Positions 17,419-26,606 of a DNA stretch of 64,000 bases are shown here, one piece after another. The position numbers and the translations under genes were made by a program. The notes beneath the pieces were generated by a model that was not told the DNA's origin, searched no databases, and saw nothing but the letters and a program-made list of their open reading frames with translations. The number at the start of each line of letters is the position of its first letter. Position 1 is the stretch's first letter. This DNA is from Candidatus Zambryskibacteria bacterium RIFCSPLOWO2_01_FULL_39_39 (GTDB lineage Bacteria; Patescibacteriota; Minisyncoccia; Phycocordibacterales; WO2-35-19). The DNA lies in NCBI GenBank assembly GCA_001823925.1, contig MHWB01000013.1, positions 9,338 to 73,337 of the forward strand, read 5' to 3'.

Positions 17419-18243
17419 ATGCTCTTTGGTGTTTCTTTTGATCTATCTTCTTGGGTATCTTGGATCTCGGATTTGCCTGGGTGGTTTTGGTTTTGGTCGT
17501 ATGTCATTGTGACAGGACACATAACCACAGAGACGGTGACGATATATCTACATCGGTATCAAACTCACCGGTCGGTGTTGTATCTTGCTCCCCTAGTTGA
17601 ACATCTCTGCAGGTTTTGGGGATGGTTTTTTACGAGTATTAATACTCGGCAATGGGTCTCTGTCCATCGCAAACATCACCACTTAGTGGATAAAAAAGGA
17701 GATCCCCATTCTCCGTTTATGGAAGGGATATTCCCGATTCTTTTTGCTGGCGTCTGGTATTACCGACGTGAAGCTCACAATCCAGAGACAATAAAAAATT
17801 ACCAATTACCAACACTGCCAAATGACTGGATGGAAAAAAACATCTATGTTCCGTTTCAGTATGTTGGCGTTTTGGTACTTCTCGCAATCAATATCTCCTT
17901 CTGTGCTTGGAAATTTGATTGGTGGTGGGGGGTAGTGGCCTGGGCCCTCCAAATGATCTGGATTCCATTTTTTGCGGCAGGAGTGCTGAATGGTTTGGGG
18001 CATTACTTTGGTTATCGCAATTTTGAAACCAAAGACGCTTCCAGAAACATTCATATTTTTTCTTGGGTGTTTACTTTCTTGTTTATATTTACAGGAGGGG
18101 AGGAGCATCACAACAACCACCACGAGGAGACGAACTCGCCCAAATTTTCAGCCAAATGGTGGGAGTTTGATATAAGTTGGCTGTATTTGAAGTTGCTAGA
18201 AGCTTTTGGGCTAGCCAAACTTAGACCAGTGAGAATTATGTGA
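17419..18243 (+). CDS. Membrane fatty-acid desaturase (stearoyl-CoA delta-9 desaturase family)
   Basis: 274 aa; three histidine boxes HRYQTH, HRKHHH, HNNHH with SCD-like spacing; RBS AAGGAG. Confidence 0.75.
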   Translation: MLFGVSFDLSSWVSWISDLPGWFWFWSYVIVTGHITTETVTIYLHRYQTHRSVLYLAPLVEHLCRFWGWFFTSINTRQWVSVHRKHHHLVDKKGDPHSPFMEGIFPILFAGVWYYRREAHNPETIKNYQLPTLPNDWMEKNIYVPFQYVGVLVLLAINISFCAWKFDWWWGVVAWALQMIWIPFFAAGVLNGLGHYFGYRNFETKDASRNIHIFSWVFTFLFIFTGGEEHHNNHHEETNSPKFSAKWWEFDISWLYLKLLEAFGLAKLRPVRIM

Positions 18244-18273
18244 AGCGGGCGGAAGGTGGTTGTCGCAGATTGA

Positions 18274-18316
18274 CCCGGTTGCAAGAAAGGAGCTTGTCCT
18301 TGCAACCGGGTTTTTG
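18274..18316 (+). terminator. Intrinsic terminator after desaturase
   Basis: cccggttgcaag...cttgcaaccggg 12-bp stem followed by TTTTT. Confidence 0.7.
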
Positions 18317-18347
18317 CATAAAATTTTAGGAGAGTTATAATTAGGGT

Positions 18348-18713
18348 ATGAAGATAAACACAAAAGCTACTGGCATCTCGCTCACACCCGCGATATCTGA
18401 ATACATTGAAAAGAAAGTAAATATGCTCGATAAATTTTTTCGGGGAGAAGAAGCTTTAGTAAACATAGAAGTCGGTAGAACAACTAGGCACCATAAATCA
18501 GGAGATATTTTTAGAGCTGAAATCCGCGTCAATGTAAGCGGAGAAGAATATTATGCTGTAGCAGAGACTGAGGACTTATATGCCTCTATTGATAAAGTCA
18601 AAGATGAGATAATTCGTGAGCTCACTTCTCAAAGAAAAAGAGCTAAAAGACTTTTTCGCAAGGGTGCCGCTAAAATTAAAAACTTATTAAAAGGACTTAT
18701 AAGTAGAAAATAA
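18348..18713 (+). CDS. hpf: Ribosome hibernation promoting factor / RaiA (YfiA family)
   Basis: 121 aa; MKINTKATGISLTPAISEYIEKKV...VNIEVGRT...FRAEIRVNVSGEEYYAV. Confidence 0.8.
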   Translation: MKINTKATGISLTPAISEYIEKKVNMLDKFFRGEEALVNIEVGRTTRHHKSGDIFRAEIRVNVSGEEYYAVAETEDLYASIDKVKDEIIRELTSQRKRAKRLFRKGAAKIKNLLKGLISRK

Positions 18714-18716
18714 TTT

Positions 18717-19628
18717 TTATTTATTGCCCCGTAAAAAATCTTCGTAAAGCATTTCTTTTTTACCTTCTGGTATTATTTTTAATATTTTTAATTTATCATC
18801 TTCAATTGTGGCATCTGTTATTATAATGCGTTTTTCTTTATTAAAATAATAAGAAGTGGGCCACTCTTCAAAGGCTTTTATTTTAAGCAAATTTTTAAGT
18901 GGATTGTCACTTAAATCAAGAAAGCCATCTTCTTTTTTTATTTTTTGGCAATAAGTTGCTTTATCTTCATTTTGTATTATTGGATCTATTGCTCCCAAGA
19001 GCCATTCTGGTAAAATATGAGCAAATAGTCCTGCTCCCTCTATTGCTAAAATTTTTTCTAATTCTTTTCTGCCGACCTCACCCCATGCCCCTTTGGTGCC
19101 TTGCTCCTCCCCTTGACAAGGGGAGGGGTTGGGGAGAGGTTTTTGAATTACAATAGGTCCTGTATCCATTGCTTCTTCAATCTGCATAATACTTACCCCC
19201 ACTTCCGTATCGTTATTTAAAATCTGACTCTGGATAGGAGAAGCGCCACGATATTTTGGCAACAGAGAAGGGTGGATATTTAAAGTTTTGTGTTTTGGTA
19301 TTTCAAAAATTTCTTTAGGAATTATTTTGCCGTAAGAAGCGACTAAAAAGAGATCCCAATCTCCAAATTTTACTTCGGTATTACGAAGAAATTCTTCTGC
19401 ATTAGAGCCCCGCTCACTTCTTAAGGTTTCTGGATCAAAAACTTCTATATTATTTTTTTGACCCCATACCCTTACTTCATTTGGAGTAAGTATCATCTTT
19501 CTGCCTTTTGGTCTGTCAGGAATTGTTATCAAAAGGTTTGGCAACATACCATGTTGTTTCAATTCGTCCAAAACATAAACAGAAAATCTTGAACTGCCAA
19601 AGAATGCCCAATGTACTTTGTTTATCAT
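18717..19628 (-). CDS. fmt: Methionyl-tRNA formyltransferase with Pro/Gly-rich insertion
   Basis: 303 aa; formyl-transferase N and C domains; insertion PLPNPSPCQGEEQGTKGAWGEVG coded by GC hairpin at 19104-19139. Confidence 0.85.
   Translation of the reverse strand: MINKVHWAFFGSSRFSVYVLDELKQHGMLPNLLITIPDRPKGRKMILTPNEVRVWGQKNNIEVFDPETLRSERGSNAEEFLRNTEVKFGDWDLFLVASYGKIIPKEIFEIPKHKTLNIHPSLLPKYRGASPIQSQILNNDTEVGVSIMQIEEAMDTGPIVIQKPLPNPSPCQGEEQGTKGAWGEVGRKELEKILAIEGAGLFAHILPEWLLGAIDPIIQNEDKATYCQKIKKEDGFLDLSDNPLKNLLKIKAFEEWPTSYYFNKEKRIIITDATIEDDKLKILKIIPEGKKEMLYEDFLRGNK
19104..19139. repeat. GC hairpin ctcctcccctt-gaca-aggggagggg + ttggggagagg inside fmt
   Basis: inverted repeat of CCCTCCCC/GGGGAGGG family. 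Confidence 0.55.
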
Positions 19629-20197
19629 TTTAATTTTTCTTTTGTCGGAGGCACTTCTTTTAAATTACTTGCTTTGTCTGTAAAGAGTATACCGTTCAAA
19701 TGATCCGTCTCATGTTGAAATGCTTGGGATAAAAGTCCTGAACCACCTAAGGTAAACGACTTACCGTTTTCGTCGTAGGCTTTGATGAGTGTCTTTTTTG
19801 ATCTTTTAACTTTACCATAAAGCCAACGTACTGAGAGGCACCCCTCGTCAACAGTTATTTTTTCTTTTGAAATTTTTAATATTTCTGGATTTATAAAGAC
19901 CATATCTTTAAAATCTGTCTTTTTATTTTCAAATTTATCCAAGTTTTCTCTTTTAGATTTTTTACCTATTTTCTCATCTTCCATTATTTCAAATATTTTT
20001 TTAGAAACTATGAAAATACGCAAGTTTTCTCCGATCTGGGGTGCGGCGATAGCCACTCCGTCATCTTGACTGTTTAAAGCTTTGATCATTCTCCTTATTA
20101 TGGTTTCCACTTTACGGCTCCTAATGTTTTCAATTGGTACTTCTTTGGAAACTTTCCTCAAAATTTTATTTTCTTTTTGCACTATTTCACCACTCAT
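19625..20197 (-). CDS. def: Peptide deformylase
   Basis: 190 aa; GIAAPQIG, EGCLSV, QHETDHLNG motifs. Confidence 0.85.
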   Translation of the reverse strand: MSGEIVQKENKILRKVSKEVPIENIRSRKVETIIRRMIKALNSQDDGVAIAAPQIGENLRIFIVSKKIFEIMEDEKIGKKSKRENLDKFENKKTDFKDMVFINPEILKISKEKITVDEGCLSVRWLYGKVKRSKKTLIKAYDENGKSFTLGGSGLLSQAFQHETDHLNGILFTDKASNLKEVPPTKEKLK

Positions 20198-20229
20198 ATA
20201 TTTATTCTACAATAAAATTTCTTTTAAAT

Positions 20230-22224
20230 CTATAACAAATTATCTGGATCTGTCTTAATCTCAAAGTGGGGAGGTAAAGATTTTAAAATAGAAAAAAGAG
20301 CAGAATCTACCCATTTTTCTTTGGGTATTTTAATGACGGCATTTATGGCAGATTGCTCACCCCTTTTTTCATGAATGGATGGGAAAATGGTGGCGCTATA
20401 ATTTTTATTTTCGGAATTTTCAAACACATTCTTCAACACTTGAGTTTCTTTTCCGACAAAACTTTTAGTGCCTCTCACTGTTATTTTTATAAAAATACTA
20501 AAAGGTGGGTAACTTAAAACCGCGCGATCCTCTATTTCCTTTTTATAAAATTCTATTAAATTGCCACTTCTTGCAAATTCTACAGTTGAATCTTTTGGGT
20601 TTCTGGTCTGTATCAAAAGGTTTTCTTTGGCTATACTTTTGGTTTGTAAAATAAGACGGAAAATTTTTTCTCTGATACGAAAATCAGGAATAGAGAATAG
20701 GGAATCAAAAGAACAAATAGCACTACTTCCCACTTTTTTATAAATATAAGAGAGAGCCATCTCGGTACCCAAAAGTATTGAGCCTTTATTTTCATAAAAG
20801 TTTTTGATTACATTTAAGGCTTTGGCGTTTGTTTCAACAATATCTTTGTGTAATTCAAAAAGATTTATGTTTGGGACACTCTTTCTTAATTCTTCGGCTA
20901 CTCTGTCAATACCAGAACCAAATGCCGCAAGCTTCCAGCTGTGACAATTTTGACAAACTTCTGCCGCGTCTCGTGTTTCGCCACATTGATGACATTTAAA
21001 AACGGCGCCATTTTGGGTACTTTGGTCCGGAGATGTTTTAGTTTTATATAAGATCATAGGAGATGAGCAGTTGAAACATTTTACCTGTTCTCCGCAGTCA
21101 CGGCAGACAGTAACCGACGATAAGCCTTTTCTAGCCGCAAATATAAACATATTAGAACCTTTTTCTATGGTTTTTTTGATTAAATTTAGTAATTCTGGCG
21201 ATATGGTTTTGAATTCTTTTCCTTGCCCCAATTCTTTCAAGTCTATTATGGTCGTTTTGATTTCAAGAGGCATTCGCCATTTGACGTTTTCAAATTCAGA
21301 TACTTCCCCTTGTTTGTATCTGTATAAAGTTTCTATTCTCAAAAAAGAATCTCCAATCACGGTACGGATATTTTTTTTATTAGCCAAAATTTCAGCAAAA
21401 AATCGAAGGTCTATAAAAGGTCGCGATAAAGTTTTCCAACCAGTTTCATTTTCTTTATCTATAATAATGGTGCCGAAATCTAATCTTGGCAAAAATAACC
21501 ATTTGGCTGTGGCTATAATTAATACAGGATGCTTTGTTTCGCATGCCCTTTTCCATTCCTTGATTAAATCCTTTTTCTTCATTTCATTATGAAAAGTGCA
21601 GACAAAGGATTCTATACCACGTTCTAGTTTTTCCTGAGTTTTTCGCACGTTTTCATTTTGAGGTAAGCATAGAAAAACTGATTTTTTCTTAGCAAATTCT
21701 TCCCTGATAAGAGATTTATAAAGATCTAATCTTTCCTCGTTTGGAGCTTGTAAGATAGCAATTTCATTTTTAATACTGTCGTTGCCAAGGACAGTCCTTA
21801 AACTGCCCCGGTCCCAAAGGACTGTCCTTGGCAACTGAAGCAAGTTTGGGTTTTCTAAAATGAAAGAAGGAATAAGTTGGGGAATAATATTGCCTTCTGT
21901 GGCGACAAAATATTTGGCCGTCTCTCTCACCGCTTCCAAGAATTTTTTTTGTAAAAATGGTTTAGCAGTTACGGCTGAAATTTTTTTTAATTGAAAATTT
22001 GCGGATTTTATAGAAAGTTTTGCCTCTGTCACGTCCTTACTTTCTAAAACCAAAGCTGAAACACTTTTTCCTCTAATGTTTATTTTTAACAAAGAACCGG
22101 GCTCTAAATATTTAGGTCCAAAATATGACAGTGACTCTTTACTCAAACCTTTTGAAAGTGGTAGACATTCTATGATAAACATATGCTTTAAGTAAAAAGC
22201 AAAAAGCCTAAAGTAGCAAGTCAT
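20230..22224 (-). CDS. priA: Primosomal protein N' (PriA helicase) with in-frame palindromic insertion
   Basis: 664 aa; helicase core plus Cys4-Cys4 zinc module CRDCGEQVKCFNC...CHQCGE...CQNCHS. Confidence 0.85.
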   Translation of the reverse strand: MTCYFRLFAFYLKHMFIIECLPLSKGLSKESLSYFGPKYLEPGSLLKINIRGKSVSALVLESKDVTEAKLSIKSANFQLKKISAVTAKPFLQKKFLEAVRETAKYFVATEGNIIPQLIPSFILENPNLLQLPRTVLWDRGSLRTVLGNDSIKNEIAILQAPNEERLDLYKSLIREEFAKKKSVFLCLPQNENVRKTQEKLERGIESFVCTFHNEMKKKDLIKEWKRACETKHPVLIIATAKWLFLPRLDFGTIIIDKENETGWKTLSRPFIDLRFFAEILANKKNIRTVIGDSFLRIETLYRYKQGEVSEFENVKWRMPLEIKTTIIDLKELGQGKEFKTISPELLNLIKKTIEKGSNMFIFAARKGLSSVTVCRDCGEQVKCFNCSSPMILYKTKTSPDQSTQNGAVFKCHQCGETRDAAEVCQNCHSWKLAAFGSGIDRVAEELRKSVPNINLFELHKDIVETNAKALNVIKNFYENKGSILLGTEMALSYIYKKVGSSAICSFDSLFSIPDFRIREKIFRLILQTKSIAKENLLIQTRNPKDSTVEFARSGNLIEFYKKEIEDRAVLSYPPFSIFIKITVRGTKSFVGKETQVLKNVFENSENKNYSATIFPSIHEKRGEQSAINAVIKIPKEKWVDSALFSILKSLPPHFEIKTDPDNLL
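21781..21835. repeat. 55-bp palindromic element in priA (stems ttgccaaggacagtcctt, loop aaactgccccggtccca) encoding LPRTVLWDRGSLRTVLGN
   Basis: near-identical to intergenic copy 25994-26048. Confidence 0.75.
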
Positions 22225-22257
22225 CTAAATCACTAATTTTATGGTAAAATATCTATT

Positions 22258-23028
22258 ATGAATTTATCTTTTGATAAAAAACTAGCAGATAATTATACAA
22301 GTCAATCTCAAAAAATCAGAGTTTTAACTGAAGATTGGGTTGATAATCAAATTTTTTGCCCAAATTGTGGACATCTTAATATAGATAAATATGAAAATAA
22401 TAAACCAGTCGCCGATTTCTTCTGTTCAAATTGTAAGGAAGATTATGAATTAAAAAGTAAAAAAGAAACAATTGGCAATAAACTTGTTGATGGTGCATAC
22501 CACACGATGATTGAAAGATTGCAAAGTAGTAATAACCCTAATTTTTTTCTTCTTAATTATGATTTACAAAATTTTGAGGTTTTAAATTTTTTTGTCATTC
22601 CAAAACATTTCTTTATTCCAGATATTATAGAAGAACGCAAAGCATTATCCCAAACAGCAAGGCGTGCTGGTTGGATTGGTTGTAATATTTTACTACAGAG
22701 CATTCCGCAAAGCGGAAAAATATTTTTTGTAAAAAATCGTCAAATTGAGTCAAAAGAAAAAATTCTCGCAAAATGGCAAAAAACGCTATTTCTCCGAAAA
22801 GAAAAAGAAATTAGTGCAAAAGGTTGGCTTTTAGATATAATTAATTGTATTGAAAAATTAAAAAATAAAGAATTTACCATTGATGAAATTTATGTTTTTG
22901 AAAGTTTTTTATCCAAAAAACATCCTGAAAACAAATATATCAAAGACAAAATTCGTCAACAACTACAGATTTTGAGGGATAGGGGGTATTTATATTTTAT
23001 TAGCAGAGGAATTTATAAAATAAAATGA
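22258..23028 (+). CDS. DpnI-like Type IIM (methyl-directed, G-m6A-TC) restriction endonuclease / Dam-replacing protein family
   Basis: 256 aa; segments SQSQKIRVLTEDWV, CPNCGH, KPVADFFCSNC, ELKSKK, DGAYHTM, NNPNFFLL, RRAGWIGCNI, KIRQQLQILRDRGY match my recollection of DpnI/DRP family. Confidence 0.6.
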   Translation: MNLSFDKKLADNYTSQSQKIRVLTEDWVDNQIFCPNCGHLNIDKYENNKPVADFFCSNCKEDYELKSKKETIGNKLVDGAYHTMIERLQSSNNPNFFLLNYDLQNFEVLNFFVIPKHFFIPDIIEERKALSQTARRAGWIGCNILLQSIPQSGKIFFVKNRQIESKEKILAKWQKTLFLRKEKEISAKGWLLDIINCIEKLKNKEFTIDEIYVFESFLSKKHPENKYIKDKIRQQLQILRDRGYLYFISRGIYKIK

Positions 23029-23189
23029 CAATAAAAAAATTTATCAAAAAATTAGAAAGAATTGTAAAGGAACATGGACCATCTCTTGAGGTGAAAATGG
23101 CAGATGATATACCAGTAGTTAGTCCTGTTTGTACGAGAGATTTTATGGATAAAAAGGTGGTTGTCATAACAGATCAAGAAGGAGATGGA
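23025..23189 (+). CDS. Small hypothetical protein (54 aa) translationally coupled to DpnI-like gene (ATGA overlap)
   Basis: ORF MTIKKFIKKLERIVKEHGPSLEVKMADDIPVVSPVCTRDFMDKKVVVITDQEGDG read from sequence; below ORF-track length cutoff. Confidence 0.3.
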
Positions 23190-23226
23190 TAGGTTAGAGC
23201 TAAAATTTTAAAAAGTTACAGGTTCT

Positions 23227-23442
23227 GTGGATGAGAAACTGCAAACCTGTGATTTTAAGAAGAAACAATTTCGGAAACTTTTTGCAACTCTTAATATTGA
23301 AATTGAGTACATTTATATTCTAGGAGATTGGTTTAAATTACCAAAATATAAAGATGTTCTTGATTACGTCATCTCTGTTGGTTGTCAGTATTATTTTGGA
23401 TATTTACCTTTGCAAAAATTGGGGTTGCCTGTACCTAAATAA
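23227..23442 (+). CDS. Hypothetical protein
   Basis: 71 aa ORF in very AT-rich accessory segment. Confidence 0.25.
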   Translation: MDEKLQTCDFKKKQFRKLFATLNIEIEYIYILGDWFKLPKYKDVLDYVISVGCQYYFGYLPLQKLGLPVPK

Positions 23443-23445
23443 AAA

Positions 23446-24237
23446 ATGTCAGCGAAGAATTTAATAAAATGGTTGAAGAAATTAAAAATAAATAAAGAAA
23501 AATTACCAATTCTTCTTAGGATATTTGAGATAATTATTTTATTTTTAGTTCCTATTGTTTTCTATATAGCATGGTTTATATCTGAATATGAAGAGGTACA
23601 CATATTCAGCAATCTAGAAGTGATTGGAAATAAACTAACTTTTAATAACCGGCAAGAAATGATGGCTTTAAAAGATTCTATGTATGAAAATACAAAAAAT
23701 GATTTCCCAGTACAATTCTCAAAACAAAAAATTTCTGATTTTGATAACTTCAAATCACAAGTTTCTGAAAGGTTCATTGAGGAACTTAGTGTATTTTCAT
23801 CACTTCCTATTCATAGGGCATGTTTAATCAACAAAAACGAAATATTTATACTAGGCAATCTACAAGAAAATATTGGCCTTTCAACGGGGGGAGCTGCTAT
23901 AAACCAAAAAGATGGCTATAATTTCTATGCAGAGAGAAATGGTGAAGATTGCAAAAATATTTCCATAAGCAAATTTAGAGAAAGCCCATCTAGAGCAGAA
24001 TACGCATATCCTTTTACTACGATCATGAGCCAAGAAGAAGGTGTAAAATTCCAAAATGGAGAAAAATTTACGGCAGATATAGCAACTTCTTCTGTAATTG
24101 CTTCCGATACGATAATTAAAATCCGCCTAAATTATTGGACATTTGTTATTTTTTATTTTATCGTTCTTCCTGCATGGTCGGTTATCTTTTTTCAGTACAA
24201 GAAAATCTCTAGCTACTTAAAAAATCCCAGCAATTAA
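23446..24237 (+). CDS. Hypothetical membrane protein (N- and C-terminal TM helices)
   Basis: 263 aa; no recognised motif. Confidence 0.4.
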   Translation: MSAKNLIKWLKKLKINKEKLPILLRIFEIIILFLVPIVFYIAWFISEYEEVHIFSNLEVIGNKLTFNNRQEMMALKDSMYENTKNDFPVQFSKQKISDFDNFKSQVSERFIEELSVFSSLPIHRACLINKNEIFILGNLQENIGLSTGGAAINQKDGYNFYAERNGEDCKNISISKFRESPSRAEYAYPFTTIMSQEEGVKFQNGEKFTADIATSSVIASDTIIKIRLNYWTFVIFYFIVLPAWSVIFFQYKKISSYLKNPSN

Positions 24238-24345
24238 ACAAGTTTCAACTTCGTACTAGATGGCCAGCATTTATTTCATACAAAGATTGTGGCAGAGATT
24301 TGAAGTATTCTCAAGATTGCCGATTAGACGACTTCCTTGTAGTAT

Positions 24346-25365
24346 TTGGATATGTCATTTTTTTCTAAAAAATTGGGTATTGATTTGGGAACGGCCAACA
24401 CTCTGGTTTTTGTGCCGGGTAAGGGTGTAGTTTTAAACGAGCCTTCGGTGGTGGCTATTTCCCTTGAAGATAATAAAATTTTAGCAGTTGGTAATGAAGC
24501 AAAAATAATGATAGGCCGGACTCCTAAAGCTATTGTGGCTTATAGACCAATGAAAGATGGGGTAATCGCCGATTATAAAGTTACGGAAGCAATGCTTTCT
24601 TATTATATGAAAAAAGCTATGGGTGGCTGGGGTTTTATAAAACCAGAAGTGCTGATTAGTGTGCCAGCCGGAGTCACTTCTACCGAAAGAAGGGCGGTAA
24701 TAGAAGCGGCTATAAAAGCGGGGGCCAAGAATGCTTATGTCGTCAAAGAGCCCATTTTGGCGGCTATTGGAGCTGGTATCCCTATATATGAAGCCAGGGG
24801 ACATATGGTTGCTGATATTGGTGGGGGTACCACGGATGTGGCAGTGATCTCTTTGGGTGGTATTGTTTCAGCCACTTCGGTCAAATGTGCTGGTAACAAA
24901 ATTGACGAAAGTATAATTGATTACATCAAAAAAACTTTTAATTTGGCCATTGGAGATAAAACAGCGGAAGATATAAAAGTTAAAATAGGATCGGCATTAC
25001 CCATAGATGAAGAGCTTGTCATATCTATAAAAGGTAGAGATTTTATTTCAGGGCTCCCTAGATCAGTTGAAATCAAAACTAACGAAATAGTCAAAGCTAT
25101 TTCACGAGAACTTCGAGAGATAATAAAAGCGATCAAAGATGTCTTGCAAGAAACCCCACCCGAACTCGCTGCCGATATAATGGACCATGGTATTATCATG
25201 ACCGGAGGGACTTCCGCTCTCAGAAATCTTCCTGAACTGATCTTTAGAAGAGTTGGGGTAAAAGCAATCCTTGCAGAAAATCCTCTTTACTGCGTTGCAG
25301 AGGGTACTGGTATTGCTTTGGAACATTTGGGTGCCTACAAAAGAGTGGTGGCCTCTAAAAGATAA
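24346..25365 (+). CDS. mreB: Rod shape-determining protein MreB (paralog 1)
   Basis: 339 aa; actin-fold motifs GIDLGTANT, DIGGGTTDVAV, MTGGTS. Confidence 0.85.
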   Translation: MDMSFFSKKLGIDLGTANTLVFVPGKGVVLNEPSVVAISLEDNKILAVGNEAKIMIGRTPKAIVAYRPMKDGVIADYKVTEAMLSYYMKKAMGGWGFIKPEVLISVPAGVTSTERRAVIEAAIKAGAKNAYVVKEPILAAIGAGIPIYEARGHMVADIGGGTTDVAVISLGGIVSATSVKCAGNKIDESIIDYIKKTFNLAIGDKTAEDIKVKIGSALPIDEELVISIKGRDFISGLPRSVEIKTNEIVKAISRELREIIKAIKDVLQETPPELAADIMDHGIIMTGGTSALRNLPELIFRRVGVKAILAENPLYCVAEGTGIALEHLGAYKRVVASKR

Positions 25366-25373
25366 AATAAAAA

Positions 25374-25991
25374 ATGCATCACGCCAATATCATAATAAGC
25401 AGAGAAGATTGTCGGGATTATGTTTTTGATATTTTAGAAAAAGATTTAAATTTTAATATTAAAGCCAACCCCGATTTTTTGCTTGTAGAAACAGAATCTT
25501 TCAGTATAGATCATGCCAGGGATCTGATAAAATGGTCTATTGGCAAAGCCCTAGTGGGTGAAATAAAAGTTTCCTTGATTATCGTAAAATCTATAACCTT
25601 AGAAGCTCAAAATGCTCTGCTTAAAATTTTGGAAGAATCACCAGAAGGCACTTTTATTTTTATTAGTTTAGAAAATTTGGGGGGAATTTTGCCCACACTT
25701 GTTTCAAGAGTCAGGATTTTAAATTTACACAAGGAAGTTAACAATTTGGAAGATGATGCCCAAAAGTTTTTCTCTTCCAAGATTAAAGACAAACTTTCTG
25801 TCATACGCACTCTTTCAAAAAAAGAAGACAAGAGTGATATAAAAGAACTTATAAAAAATTTAGAGCAAATAGCTTATCAAAATAAGGCGTCGGCAAATCA
25901 TATAAAAAACGTATTAACCGCAAAGATTTTTGCTAGTACCAGGGGGTCTTCCCCCAAGATGCTTTTAGAATGGTTATCAGCCGTGTTATAA
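25374..25991 (+). CDS. holB: DNA polymerase III delta-prime-like subunit (short, no P-loop)
   Basis: 205 aa; QNALLKILEESPEGTFIFISLENLGGILPTLVSRVR resembles HolB sensor region. Confidence 0.55.
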   Translation: MHHANIIISREDCRDYVFDILEKDLNFNIKANPDFLLVETESFSIDHARDLIKWSIGKALVGEIKVSLIIVKSITLEAQNALLKILEESPEGTFIFISLENLGGILPTLVSRVRILNLHKEVNNLEDDAQKFFSSKIKDKLSVIRTLSKKEDKSDIKELIKNLEQIAYQNKASANHIKNVLTAKIFASTRGSSPKMLLEWLSAVL

Positions 25992-25993
25992 TA

Positions 25994-26048
25994 GTTGCCA
26001 AGGACAGTCCTTAAAATGCCCCGGTCCCAAAGGACTGTCCTTGGCAAC
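25994..26048. repeat. Intergenic copy of 55-bp palindromic element (holB-frr spacer)
   Basis: ttgccaaggacagtccttaaaatgccccggtcccaaaggactgtccttggcaa; 1 nt different from priA copy. Confidence 0.75.
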
Positions 26049-26052
26049 TTAA

Positions 26053-26601
26053 ATGTTTGATTTTTCGGAATTAAAAATAAAAAGCAAAGACATAGAAAAC
26101 TGGCTTAGCAAAGAGCTTTCGGTTATTCGTACTGGCAGAGCTACCCCGGTTATTCTTGATTTTGTACAAGTAGAAGCTTATGGCTCAAAGATGTCTATCA
26201 AAGAATTGGCCAATATTTTAGTGGAAGACGCTAAGACGGTGAGAATAGAGCCGTGGGATTTGAGCGTTGGCAGAAGTATTGAAAAGGCAATAGGTTCTTC
26301 CAACTTAGGACTTTCTGTTGCCCCATTTGAAAAAGGGTTAAGAATTATTTTTCCCGAGCTAACTGCCGAAAGAAGAGAGCAGTTTGTCAAAGTGGTTGGT
26401 AAACAACTTGAAGAGGCCAAAGTATCACTGCGAAATCTACGTGATAAAACTTGGAAGGCGATTGAAGAAAAAGAAAAATCTGGTGGTATGGGTGAAGACG
26501 ATAAGTTTAGAATGAAAGAAGAAATGCAGAAGATAATAGATGATACAAGTAGAAAGCTGGAAGAGTCGGCAGATAAAAAAGAGAAGGAGATAAAGATTTA
26601 A
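26053..26601 (+). CDS. frr: Ribosome recycling factor
   Basis: 182 aa; typical Frr sequence LSVIRTGRATPVILDFVQVEAYG. Confidence 0.9.
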   Translation: MFDFSELKIKSKDIENWLSKELSVIRTGRATPVILDFVQVEAYGSKMSIKELANILVEDAKTVRIEPWDLSVGRSIEKAIGSSNLGLSVAPFEKGLRIIFPELTAERREQFVKVVGKQLEEAKVSLRNLRDKTWKAIEEKEKSGGMGEDDKFRMKEEMQKIIDDTSRKLEESADKKEKEIKI

Positions 26602-26606
26602 AGCAA

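Noticed and set aside
2335-26048. CRISPR array interpretation of the repeated palindromes
   Set aside because: Copies are dispersed over 24 kb inside genes and are not regularly spaced with unique spacers.
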